From assembly GCA_964035545.1 (NCBI GenBank), contig OZ037768.1, positions 24,337,319 through 24,401,318 on the forward strand: a stretch of DNA of 64,000 bases. The letters are read 5' to 3'. The notes beneath the pieces were generated by a model that saw only the letters and a program-made list of their open reading frames with translations, made no database searches and had not been told where the DNA came from. Positions 14,338 through 26,344 of this stretch are shown here, in pieces. The translations under genes were made by a program, and so were the position numbers. Origin of the DNA: Bugula neritina (Eukaryota > Animalia > Bryozoa). The stretch's first letter is position 1. Every line of letters starts with the position of its first letter.

Positions 14338-15673
14338 AGTAGGGGTAACGGGGGCACAATGGTCATAGGGGTACAAAAAGCCGGCCAAATTGTGAGAGAA
14401 CTTATTGACTTAGAGTTGTGATTTTTTTTCATAAAAAAATATTGACATAATTATTCAGATTTTGTAGTTTCAACACTTGCGGAACATACGTGTTGAAAAA
14501 GCGAGTAAAAAACTGTTTTTACCTACTTTTTGTAAATTTTTTAGGATGTCGTTGAAGCCTTATAACTTTTTACATTCAAAGGCAACAAGCCTAAATTTTA
14601 CTAATATTGTTGCCATTGCTTGTCTCCTAATTGCTTAACTAGTATAACAGCAAACACTGAAATAAATTTTCCTCGAGGCACATTTATTTTCAATTTGGCC
14701 ACACGGGGCACAATGGGCCACGCTGACCGGGGCACAATGGGCCACCTGATTATTGCACTCTGATCACTGTTATTAGTTTGTTTGCCCAAAAAGTTGGTTG
14801 AAATGTTACTAAAATCCATAGATATAGCCATTTCTGGCTTTTTTGAAAAATATCAAAGACATCATGGTATGACTACAGAACTACAAGTTGAAGCTCCCCT
14901 AATATATACATCTGGTGAGGTTATAGCTTTGCCATTTTATACATTATACAAAACACTCTGCTGTTGCTACTAGTAGACAGTCATGATAATCATTATATAT
15001 TACACCATTGAGAGAATATACATGTATTTGACTAAAATAAATTGTGATTTGCTCATTTGCTCCCCCCTCTTCCTTCCGTACTCTAGCCACAAACCTCAGC
15101 CATGCATGCACCTTAGCTACAGTTTATAGAAAAAAGTCCACTCGAAATTTTGTAGTACATGTTACTAAAGCTTTTTTTAATAAACATTCCTCTGAGGTGA
15201 AAATAACAGAACATTTTTAGTTCCCAACAGTCATGATAATGGCACTGTAGAACTGAGTGATGTGCACTTGATTTTGCCTTCCTCTGCTATATGTAGTGGC
15301 ACAAACTGTACAGCTAAAACATGAATTTTGCTGTTATAGATCTGAAAGAGTATCTTTATTTATTTATAATATTAAATAAATAAAGATCAGATGTAACAAA
15401 ATAAACAAAATTTCAATACATTTGTTGTGTCCTACCCAGTGGCCCATTGTACCCCGGTACCGGGGCACAATGGGCCGATTTTTTCGCCATAAAAATTTCC
15501 TTATTCTGAGAGTTGTGAGAGAGATAGAAACAACAAACTGGTACCTGTGATAGACAACAGATGCAGCATTAAGACTAGAGATTATTGAACTAGTAACTTG
15601 AAAAACAGACGAATGAGAGCAACAAATGCAAAATTCGGCCCGTTGTGCCCCCCCCCCCCCCGTTACCCCTACT
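14338..15673. mobile_element. Non-autonomous TIR DNA transposon, ~1.3 kb (Tc1/mariner-pogo-like; family uncertain)
   Basis: Termini AGTAGGGGTAACGGGGGCACAATGG ... CCGTTGTGCCCCC..CGTTACCCCTACT; internal repeats of GGGGCACAATGGGCC at ~14705, 14729, 15462 and inverted at 15441; no transposase ORF. Confidence 0.75.
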
Positions 15674-16604
15674 GCTGAAGAAGAGATATAAAAGAGACAG
15701 CTGAGCAGCTATTCTTACCTTTTGTTAATGTAGAGCTGTAAAATCAAATGAATTTCATTTAAAATATGTAAAACTTTCAATGAATGGAATGGAGACTTTC
15801 TCTAGTTTGACAGTGGACTGCTGACTACATCATTTAACCAAAGGAAAACCGAAACTACTGATATAATTTGAATCAAACTTTAAAGCCACATTTAAAGCCA
15901 TTTGGTGCTCACCTATTATATTATAGTCTATAGATATAATAGCATGATGCAATGTAACACTTGGTCAATAGTGTGATAGACCCCTCTATAATCATCTGCA
16001 AAAGAATGACACTTAACTATGGGCAAATGTTAAGTATTACGTAATCACTCCTCAGTGTGTGTGTGTGCGCGTGCATGTGTGTTGTATTTTACAACAAAGT
16101 AGAGTAGAAGGAACTGCATTCATTTGTGATAATTTTTAATTTATTAATTGATGTCAGTTTGCTTCAAGAAATAAGGATTCTTACGAAGTACGAGAAAATT
16201 AAAGTTGTTTTTCGAAGTAAATTGAATTATACTTTGATTTGTTCTATAGAATTAAATGCAATAATTATTAGGTAATAAATAGTCATTGTATTCGAAATAG
16301 AAAAATGATAAAGAAAACTTTTTTGACCAGCTATTTACATAAAAAATAATTTATATAATACATATTTTATCTTTTTGAAAAATATAATTAATGGAAAGTC
16401 ATATTTATACATTACGTTGGTGTTAGTCATTGCAAAATGATCTCAAATATATATTTCAGTTGAATTTTATTCAATTAAATCATCTTTCATTTTGTATATT
16501 TCATATAATGACAATATAGAAACAACTAATTATAATAACCCTTTTTAGTGTTGTAATACTTGAGTAACAGGGGCAATACTAGTAAGAACGATCTGTGTGA
16601 AACA

Positions 16605-19600
16605 TTACGTTCGAAATTCATGGATTTTTCTGTGACGGAGAAAAGTCCCACTCTGTCTGAATCTCTTGCCACATACATCACATTGATAGGGTTTCTCTCC
16701 AGTGTGAGTTCTCATGTGAGTGGATAACGTACATCTGTCTCGGAAATACTTCTTACAATATACGCAGACGTATAACTGTTTCTGCTGGTGATCCTGTGAC
16801 ATGAATAGAAAGAAAGGCAAGTTTATGCAAACTCACATCAGATATAGCAAGCAGATGTCTTTAACACAGTCTGTTCTCCAGCTTCACAAAGGAAACAGGA
16901 TATAAACTTTGAACACAAATTTAAGTAAAATTGCAAATGATCTGTATTGTAAATTCTTTCTACTAACTTCTATTGTATAAACTCTAGAGTTGATGTGGAA
17001 TCAAGTTTCTATTTATAAGAAAATAAAATGTATTGCAGGCTTGCGACTCACTATAACCGTCAAGAAATGTCTACTGGAACTACACACCCACTTTATATGC
17101 ATTAAACATCTTTTCAGTTTGAAAATTTCTTCACTTTGATAAAAATGAGAAGCTAGAGAGTAAAATCAGTAGCTATTAATAAAATGGCTCATTTTCATGA
17201 TTATAAAATTTTCACTTTTCTTGTAAAACGTTTCTTTTTAACTGGTAAACGAGTTTCCAGCTTGAGGATTGATAGAATTCAGTTTTATAACGTTTTGAAC
17301 ATAACATACTTTCACAAAAATTTAAAACTTTTTGGGCAAGCAATGAGAGATAAGTCATAAAGAAGCATGGAATTACCTGTAAATGTTGAAGATATTGACT
17401 GGGCGTGCTCAGTTGAGAGAAACATATGTCACAAGTATACACCATAGCGTCTTCATGTGTTGCCACGTGTGCTCGGTAATCTCGAACTTGTCTGTAGGAT
17501 TTACTGCATACCTGTAATGGTAGAATACTCTTACACCAATTGTTGTAAGTTTACAACTCTTAGCCAAGGGCCACACGGTGCGTATTTTCGCGTGCGAAAA
17601 TTGAAATCACAAGTAGCAAAGGTGTCCACTGTGCGCGTTGAGAAAACCTTCGCCCTTGTCGCTCTGCATTTTCAACGCAAGTGCGAATCGTCTCTGTCGT
17701 CGTCACCTAATTGGCTGGTAGCTATTCAGCGAGCCCAATTTCTTTATTTAGTGCTATATTCCAGTAAATTGCGTTTTATTGAAAGCGAGTGCGATTTAAA
17801 AATGAAAGCTTTATTTATCACGCATCACTGACGCTACAGTGGACACCTTTGCTACTCGTGATTTTAATTTTCGCATGCGAAAATACGCACAATGTGGCCC
17901 TAGGCTAAGTGCACATCTTTAATTAGAATATCAAGTTTACAACTCTTAGTGTATCTCCCTAATCGAGGCAATATCTTGCAGGTGAAAATATTGACTGGTT
18001 TGGAGACTAAATGTAAATTTTATTAAAGTAAAACAATTCTATTGTGCTAATTTATAAATAAACTTTGAGCAACCACTAAAATAGTTTTTATTTTGTAGCT
18101 TAGATTATTTTGTAAGTAACAAAAATTGACTTTATATATGTATATGTATACGTATACATATATGTATACATATATGTATACATATACGTATACGCATACA
18201 TATACGTATACGCACACCCACACACACGCACCCGCACGCGCGCGCACACACATATATATATAATAATGTAAGTTATTAGCTGACAGGTGTAGGGATTGGG
18301 ATATTTAGAACATAGCTTGAAGACGATGTTTTCACGAGTTAGATTTGGTGTCTTTATAATGTCCTCACTTTTGCCTGATGTTAAGGTTTTGATTTGCTCT
18401 TTGTTGGATCTAAAAATCAACACTTGGAGCATTATAGTTTCAATTACAGAAGCAATATTTATATGCATCAGCAATACTATTATAGTAACTTACAGAATTG
18501 CATTCTCAGCTGCTTTTCCTAGATTAGTTACTGTATAGTAAATATACTATATTATATAGTATATATATACTATATTATATTATATTATAGTATATATACT
18601 ATATTATATTATAGTATATATACTATATTATAATATAATTAAACAAGAATCTTTCAGTAATGCTGATGGTTCAGTCATGAATTCAATATTATTTCTCAAA
18701 GCCAATTTGCACAAAAATTGCAATATGTCAAAAATGTTTTCATATAGAAAAATTTTTAAAAGAAAGTTGGATTAGTTTTATGTGTTGAAGATGTTGAATG
18801 TATGTATCTACAATTTGCTTTACTTACATCTTAATAATGATTGGTTAATGAATATCTTACAAACACCTTTAAACTCATAACTTATAATAGGAATATACTA
18901 CAGATTAAAGTATGCAGTGTTACTGCTTGAAATTACCTCCCCACTACAAATGCCACCAATTTTATAATATTACAGGTTTCAAAACCTATCTTTACCGAAA
19001 CTCTCCATTTCTGTGAGACCCATGATGCGACTTATTCGAAAGATCATGTGACACGGCAGCAATAGGCATATCGCATTTTATATTCAAACATCTTCAGTCT
19101 AAAGACATTGATTATTGCTCTTTCCCCTACCTCCCATATTTTGTGTCATTAAAGAAATTAATAAATGTGTAATTTACATACAAGTCTGTATAAAAAAACA
19201 AAATTTTGCTATAAATACATTTTGCTATGCAAATGACAGTTTATTATTATCTAATATATCTTTGCAGTACACAAAGCATTCCGTCAGTTGGATTGATAAG
19301 TCTTTAGACTTACTATAATAGAAAAGTTCTACAATTCAAAAGCTTGAGCAAGACTTGTATCACTAATGATTTTGAAGATATTTTTATATACATTTCTGAT
19401 AAATTTTAGTGAAAAATACTTCAAATAGTCAATCAAGTTAAAATGTGCAATTACACCAAAATATTCCAAAAATAGGTATTGGTAGGGTAAACTGCTAAAG
19501 TATATTAGTATAATTGAACATAGTATGTGGTATCGTAAAATATGGCACCAACAGAATGGAGAAATAATCGTAAACGAGCAGTAAGTCATTTTAAGTTGGT

Positions 19601-22600
19601 GTTTTACTTGAGTCACCAGGCAGAAATCATTTTATAGGATGAGAAAAGAACCATTTATTTGAAAATATTTGTAGCATTAAAAGTCAGCTATAAATACCAA
19701 ACCTATTTGATAACTTGAAACAAGTTATCTACTTACTTTTCTACTTACTTCTCTACTTACTCCTCTACTTACTTCTCTACTTACTTCTATACTTACTTCT
19801 CTACTCACTTCTCTACTCACTTCTCTACTTACTTCTCTATTTACTTCTCTACTCACTTCTCTACTTACTTCTCTACTTACTTCTCTATTTACTTCTATAC
19901 TTACTCCTCTACTTACTCCTTTACTTACTTCTCTACTTGCTTCTCTACTCACTTCTCTACTTACTTCTCTACTCACTTCTCTACTTACTTCTCTACTTAC
20001 TTCTCTACTCACTTCTCTACTTACTTCTCTACTCACTTCTCTACTTACTTCTCTACTTACTTCTCTACTTACTTCTCTACTTACTTCTCTACTTACTTCT
20101 ATACTTAAGGACTTACCTCTCTACTCAGGGTGATAGTAGTATAGTGAGTGTTGTCATGACAGCAGCCAGTAAATGTCAATAACTAGGGTTATACTAGATT
20201 AAATGTCAACTTCTCAACCATGCAGGAGCTATGCTAGGATTTAACATCTAGTCAGCACGAAACTAAGTGATTTGTATTCTTTTTGAAAACTAATTGCTTG
20301 GAATTGAGAAATGCAGGTACTTTGAGTATATGCCAAGGTGACATACAGGAAGCATGAGTTACTTCTCTCTAACCCTGCATTCAACAGATAATTAGCTTCA
20401 TTCTCTACCCCCCTCCCCCACCCACCCCCTTATCCTGCTCCCCATGACAACGTTGCTTACAATATTTATGAAAATGTCTTATCAAACTGTGTGTTTTTGT
20501 TAACAAAAGGTACATTATATGTAAGATAATACTGAGATGACTGCAGAAGAAGAAATGAATGAAACTGAACAAAAGAAAACACATTGAATATTATGTTCCG
20601 CCAAAAATTACGAACCACACCATGCTAAACAGAAATAAACACAATTTTATAGTTTACAAGTGGTTAATTCAAACTTTCAATTTTCAATTTCTGTTTATTT
20701 ACTTTAAGTAGGCAGCTGATTTCATCCGGGCTTAGATGACGGCCACATTTACTCGTGCCTGGGAATTCATCTTCTAGACCGAAATACATCTCTTACAGTA
20801 ATCACTATTTTTAACATCAATTATTGCGTGCCATTTAGTTCTCACCAGGAATGCATCTATCAATCATTCACAGACCTGTGGTTGGCATAATTTAGGGAAG
20901 GAGAGCCAAGAACTACTGGATATAAACCACAAACAGATGGATGTCAGCTTATTCTAAGAAAAAGGGGAATCCCCTTGAAGTCACTAATGGTCAATAAATC
21001 AGGGCTATCCATCAAAATCCTGAAGGGTGTGTCGGGCTATGTTATTAATTATAAAGTTATGTATAATATTATGTATATTACATTCATTGCATTTCTCTGA
21101 ATTCGGTAAATTGTATTTATCCTTAGTACAAAGTTTTGCTAAAGGGTACATAATCTCAATTCCAGTGTAACAACAACATTCAGTATTTCCAACCATTATA
21201 GTGTTGAAGGTTTTTATATGCTGACTGGTAGAAGTAGTCAAGGGGGGGATAATATCTTCACATTTTTGTAAACCTTGTAACTAGTTAACCTTTCAATGGC
21301 TAAAGTAACGTGTAATAATAAGCTATATTAAAATAAGAAAGTATAGTAAGTAGAGTATTATAGCGTAGCGTAGCGTAGTATAGTATAGCATAGTATAGCA
21401 TAGCATAGTATAGTAAGTATAGCATAGCATAGTATATAGTAAGTATAGTATAGTAAGTACAGCATAGTATAGTATAGTAAGTATAGTAAGTCTGGTGTTA
21501 TAGTGAGGAATGTAAGGGAGATGCTAAAATTATTATGACCAATTCAAGTGCCTGGATGCAATGACTCATCTCTGGTGTGCGCAAGCAATGACATATTATA
21601 TAGAAAAGCGTGCAGTGTGGGTGCGTAGTAATAACACGTAACATACAAGCATCTTCTATTTATAAACCTGGTTTTAGTCTCACTTACATGTGTCCATCTT
21701 GCACGTTTTCCTGTAAAACAGAAATGAAACACCAGTTACCTGACTACCAGTTAACTGACTACCAGTTAACTGACTACCAGTTAACTGACTACCAGTTAAC
21801 TGACTACCAGTTAACTGACTACCAGTTACCTGACTACCAGTTAACTGACTACCGTGTTTCAGTACATACTTTGTAGCAGGAGCAAATTAAAATGGCTGAA
21901 CGCATTTGGTCAGCATAACTTCATTGTTTCTTGTAAATATAAGAGTTGAAATAAGTTGAAATGACTTGGAAAGGCTGGTGAGACATAATTTATTGGTTCC
22001 AGCTGATTGGCTGGTTCCAAATGAAGGCGATTTCAGTTTGTTATTTTGTTCTACTTTATTATTAGGTTTGCAAAATAACTATACATTTGCGAGTTTGACT
22101 GAAATGGGTGTCAAAACATTAGCATAGCTAAAACTATGACTAAAACAATACGCCAGTCTATTTATACTCAGATCTCTTGCTTTTACAAGCCCTGTGAGCT
22201 ACAAACAACTAAAATTAAATGACAGCATATGTTTGGTCAATTATAATCAGGCAACTATATTCAAAAGCTTAAAATAGCAGAAATTTTATTTAAAACTATG
22301 AGTACCTGTTCGTTAGAGTTTAGAAAGTGAGTCACAGCGTCTGGGGTGGGATTAGAGTTTAGGAAGGCTTTGTCTCCTGTAAAATATTTAAACAGTTGAG
22401 ACTCTCAATTCACCCATGCAGCTGTGTTGTAGTGAATAATAATTTAAGTTAATAAGCAATGCCTCCCATAATACACACTGACACACGGAAACTGTGTATG
22501 CCATAATACACACTGACACATGGAAACTGTATATCTCATAATACACAGACACATGCAAACTGTGTATCTCATAGTACACACTGACACATGGAAACTGTGT

Positions 22601-25041
22601 ATCTCATAGTGCACACTGACACATGGAAACTGTATATCTCATAATACACACTATTTTCAATCATTTAAGTTAATGCAGCCTTCTGAGATCACTTGAGATA
22701 TGATAGACAATAATATCACAAGTAATTTTGCATTTCACTGGTTAGTAGAACTTTGATATTGTTGCAATGAGCCTTCAATTAAAACAGCTTTTTGATTGGC
22801 TAAAAATGGTCTTGAAATAAATTACTGTAAAGTAGTCATTCCACGGGTTTTGTATTAAATCTTTATTCTAGACAAGTTTGCTTTTAAAATATTCACATGG
22901 AAGATAGTAGGTAGTAAAAAAGGACATGCCACATTGACTAGGATGCTCTGCTGCCAATATGGTGGCTATAGTTCACTGCAGAAATAATATTCTGCAGTAG
23001 ATAATCTGTAATAACTATGAAACATACCACTTACTCTACTCAAATAACCCTTAGCGCAACTTGTCTTTCTAAAACCTTGAATCAAAATCTCTAATATATT
23101 CACAACTCTACCTTTGATGGGTTTAATAAATTCCCCTAGTGGTGAGAGAGTTAGGTGAATAAATCTTCTTAAAGGATTGCTCTATCTTGTCTAATAAATG
23201 GCCATTTAGGTCAAACACACATAATATTGTGATTTTCTAAGCATGAATTGACAAAAAGCATTTGACCAAAGGTAGAAAAAGTTAGTTGAAGTTGAGGGTG
23301 TAGATTGGTAACAGCCAAAACGCCGATTTTGAAATGAGCTGGGAAATGTGACGTAACAGCGCCAGCATTCCTGCTGGTCACGTGACTATACAAATGAATA
23401 ACTATAGAAATATGACTGTGAGATGTGATCTTTCAGCTCGTAATTTGTATATTTATAGAAGTGCAAATGTGAATTATCTCAATCTATAGTTTTTTGACAT
23501 GTTAAATAACATGTATGTGATAACATTAGGCCATATTTTGCTTGTAAACATAGAAAAAAGCATTGCAAAAACATGCATTCTTTAGGATGAATGCCTGCGA
23601 TCGATCTAAACTAGGTCAGATTGTGCAATATTACGGGCACACCAAAGCTGACCTATATAGCGCACTGTAACTGCTTGAGCGTTATTGGTTGATGTTGCGC
23701 TCAGCAACCTTGCATACTTGCACGTGCAGCATAGTTACTGGCGTTCACACGTCACGTATTAGGCTATTCTTTTTCATGGCTGAAAATTTTACCTCCCTCA
23801 AAATTGGAATTTTGAAAAGCTGTTTTCTAGGCATATATCCTTTTGCAAAGTCACAATTGTTTGCATACACATTAGATTATAGCTCATAATTATAATGTGA
23901 TTGTAATAAACTAAGATAGAGCAATCCTTTAAATGTTCTATTTGAAGAATGACTTTCAATTAACAGTCATGAATCACCGTTGGTATATAACTTATGACTA
24001 GTAGCTGTTAGAAAGTGGCCAAGCTCATTGGGGCATACCAGCAAAATTTTGTAGATCGAGATTGATTAAAAAAGTGTAGTACTTTAGCACAGATGGCTGG
24101 CTTTGCCAATTATAGCCTTTTAATTTGGTCTTGTAATGCTAACAGCAAAAAAGTGGTTTTCCAACATCAGACAAGTGCCATATGACAACACAGGATGCTG
24201 AACGCAGGCGCACAATTGCAAGTTCTAACAGTTTTGTAGGAATTTTCTAACTGCAGGGGAGTCACATTTCACACCTAAATGTCAAACCAAAAAGCTGTCA
24301 ACTACATCTAAGTGAATTAAGTCTAGACCTGTACACCAAACCGCAACATCGTGACTTCAACATATAAATTAATTTCTATTCTCAACACTTTAACGTAAGT
24401 CTTAACATACAGTTTCAGTTTGTTTTCTCTTCACGAGATAAAGTCTATCATTCTGGTAACTATATACTTAAGTTTATATACTTTAAATTATTCCCAGCAC
24501 AACACTCCACATACCTTTAGACTTGATAGAGTTGCAATCATATAATGAGAATTCCCTTGGGTCTTCTAATTGCCAATATGTGTTGTAAGATGATTTAGTA
24601 TCACTGTAAGTTAGTGTAGTATCACTGTAAGATGATGCACTATCACTATAAGTTGGTGTAGCTTCACTGTAAGTTAGTTTAGTATTACTATAACTTGGTG
24701 TAGTATCACTGTGAGTTAGTTTAGTATTACTATAACTTGGTGTAGTATCACTGTGAGTTAGTGTTTCACCATAAAATGTTCTGTTCTTATTTAGATGAGT
24801 TCTCAAATCAAGTGCTTGTAAGTTGTCTTCCCACTTTGGATAGTGTGAGTACGCTGGATAGTCAACTCTGAGGCCATCTCCTTCTACAAACAGTGTTGAG
24901 ATGTTCAGAATAGAGTACTGAGTCTAATTGAACGCCAAGTAGACACACCAAACAGTACTCACTTTTCATACCTTGAAGATGGCTGCCCTTGACTGATAGG
25001 TCTAAAGGTAGAGCGTATTCCTCACATTGCCTACTCATCAT
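16605..25041 (-). CDS. PLDLS-motif 4xC2H2 zinc-finger gene, copy 1 (exons 24972-25041, 24515-24883, 22306-22376, defective ~18280-18409, 17377-17511, 16605-16793)
   Basis: MMSRQCEEYALPLDLSVKGSHLQ|EGDG..WEDNLQALDLRTH..(TPSYSDT-type repeats)..SK|GDKAFLNSNPTPDAVTHFLNSNEQ|..YTCQ|VCSKSYRQVRDYRAHVATH..YLQHLQ|DHQQKQLYVCVYC..HTGEKPYQC..HRKIHEFRT*. The exon-4 donor reads CT instead of GT. Confidence 0.8.
17563..17905. mobile_element. PIF/Harbinger-type MITE in ZF copy 1
   Basis: ~70-bp TIRs (GCCAAGGGCCACAC..GGTGTCCACTGT / ACAGTGGACACC..GTGGCCCTAGGC), TTA/TAA flanks; empty site in copy 4 at ~61790. Confidence 0.85.
19725..20120. repeat. 12-bp minisatellite (CTACTTACTTCT)n
   Basis: Visible tandem; source of the LLYL/SREV ORFs. 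Confidence 0.95.
20964..20974. promoter_or_regulatory. Palindromic NF-kappaB/Rel-type site GGGGAATCCCC in intron 3 of ZF copy 1
   Basis: Exact match to the p50-type palindromic kappaB consensus; homologous sites at 63643 (perfect) and 36612 (one mismatch). Confidence 0.45.
21730..21855. repeat. 15-bp tandem repeat (CCAGTTAACTGACTA x8)
   Basis: Visible tandem. Confidence 0.9.
22465..22652. repeat. ~35-bp tandem repeat (ACACTGACACATGGAAACTGTGTATCTCATA..), with ~3 copies also at 55330-55430
   Basis: Visible tandem at homologous intron-2 positions of ZF copies 1 and 3. Confidence 0.8.
23173..23928. mobile_element. Kolobok-like non-autonomous DNA transposon
   Basis: TTAA|AGGATTGCTCTATCTT ... 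AAGATAGAGCAATCCT|TTAA: 16-bp perfect TIR starting AG with a TTAA TSD; absent from the other ZF copies. Confidence 0.8.
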
Positions 25042-25799
25042 CTCTGAGTTCTTTCAAAACGACTGGCTGATTTCAGCCATACGTATGCACATGCCCAGTC
25101 ACCCTTCATACCAGTCTGGTGTACGGCCTTCATCGCTTGAGCAGTCGTTTAGTAGGCGTGTCTTAAGCCATATTCTATTGTCTTATTGGTCAATTGTCTA
25201 ATAGTAGTCTGTTTTACTAGTTTTAGCCTTAGAAACCTCAGAGCGCTCACCTATTGTTAAATGGACTCACCAAACCTTCCCATAAGCCGGCATATCTAAG
25301 CTGTATAATACGCTATCTAGAAAAACTGTGTTGGTTTTCGATGTGACAAAATTTAAACTCCTAGCCTGAATAAAGTTATCAGGTCTATTTGCTCAATTTT
25401 AATATTGCCGTGCTAGCTAAACCGACCAATAGACAGAGCTAACTGAATCACCGTGGGCAGTTATGTGCTTCAAGTCAAAGGCCTAATAGCATCGAGAATA
25501 TTTTTATTAGTAAATCAATTTGAAGTAAATAAAATTATATCTTTCCTAAATGAAGAAATTCACTATACATATATATGGTCTATGCCATCAGCCTTGTGTT
25601 TAAAGTTGTTTGCTTTTGGCTAAAATATACTCTAGAAGAACTTATGTACACTGTTACTAGTCTTCATGTAGCCAATTACAGTTGAATATCTTGTAATCTT
25701 TCCAGCTAGTCAAACTGCTATACTTCTACTACTGCACTGTCATTTTTAATAGCTGTTTGTATCTTTACTACAGAAATTTGTTGTTAGCTCCACAAAGAG

Positions 25800-25989
25800 C
25801 TACTTCATAAAGTATGACGGCAGTGCTAAAGCAATGGCAAGACTCAGTTGCGACATTTGGGAGAACTCATTGCGTTGAGCTCGTTGCTGCCGCTGTTGTT
25901 CTTCCTTCTGGTGTTTCCTGGCAGCAGCTTCTCTGTGGAGGACAGCCTGTTGTCTTCTCATCTTGATATAGTCAGACAGACTGTGTTTC
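25800..25989 (-). pseudogene. Orphan charged-helix/TM exon, copy B (frameshifted inside the TM segment)
   Basis: KHSLSDYIKMRRQQAVLHRE...RNEFSQMSQLSLAIALA then a frame slip; the alternative frame resumes AVILYEVA, matching copy A. Confidence 0.5.
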
Positions 25990-26119
25990 TGTGTGGGGAA
26001 GTACAATATTGTTTAGACAATTTATATTCCAGCCATTTAAAGCATTATAATATAATTTTAAACATCTTCAAAGGATTCAACAATTTTATGTAGAGAAGGT
26101 TCTAGAATATAGTTAATAT

Positions 26120-26150
26120 GTATATATATATTATATATATATATTATATA

Positions 26151-26226
<76 letters not shown>
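26120..26226. repeat. (TA)n microsatellite
   Basis: Visible; lies at the end of the 13.2k/25.8k homology block. Confidence 0.95.
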
Positions 26227-26229
<3 letters not shown>

Positions 26230-26344
26230 TTAAATGCATTTTCTTTCTATGAATTCCCTGTTGAGTCTAACAAAGCCACTGACCTTTACATCTCTAGTGC
26301 TTTAGGTCTTGATTGGATGATGTTTTTGACTCACACAAGAATTG

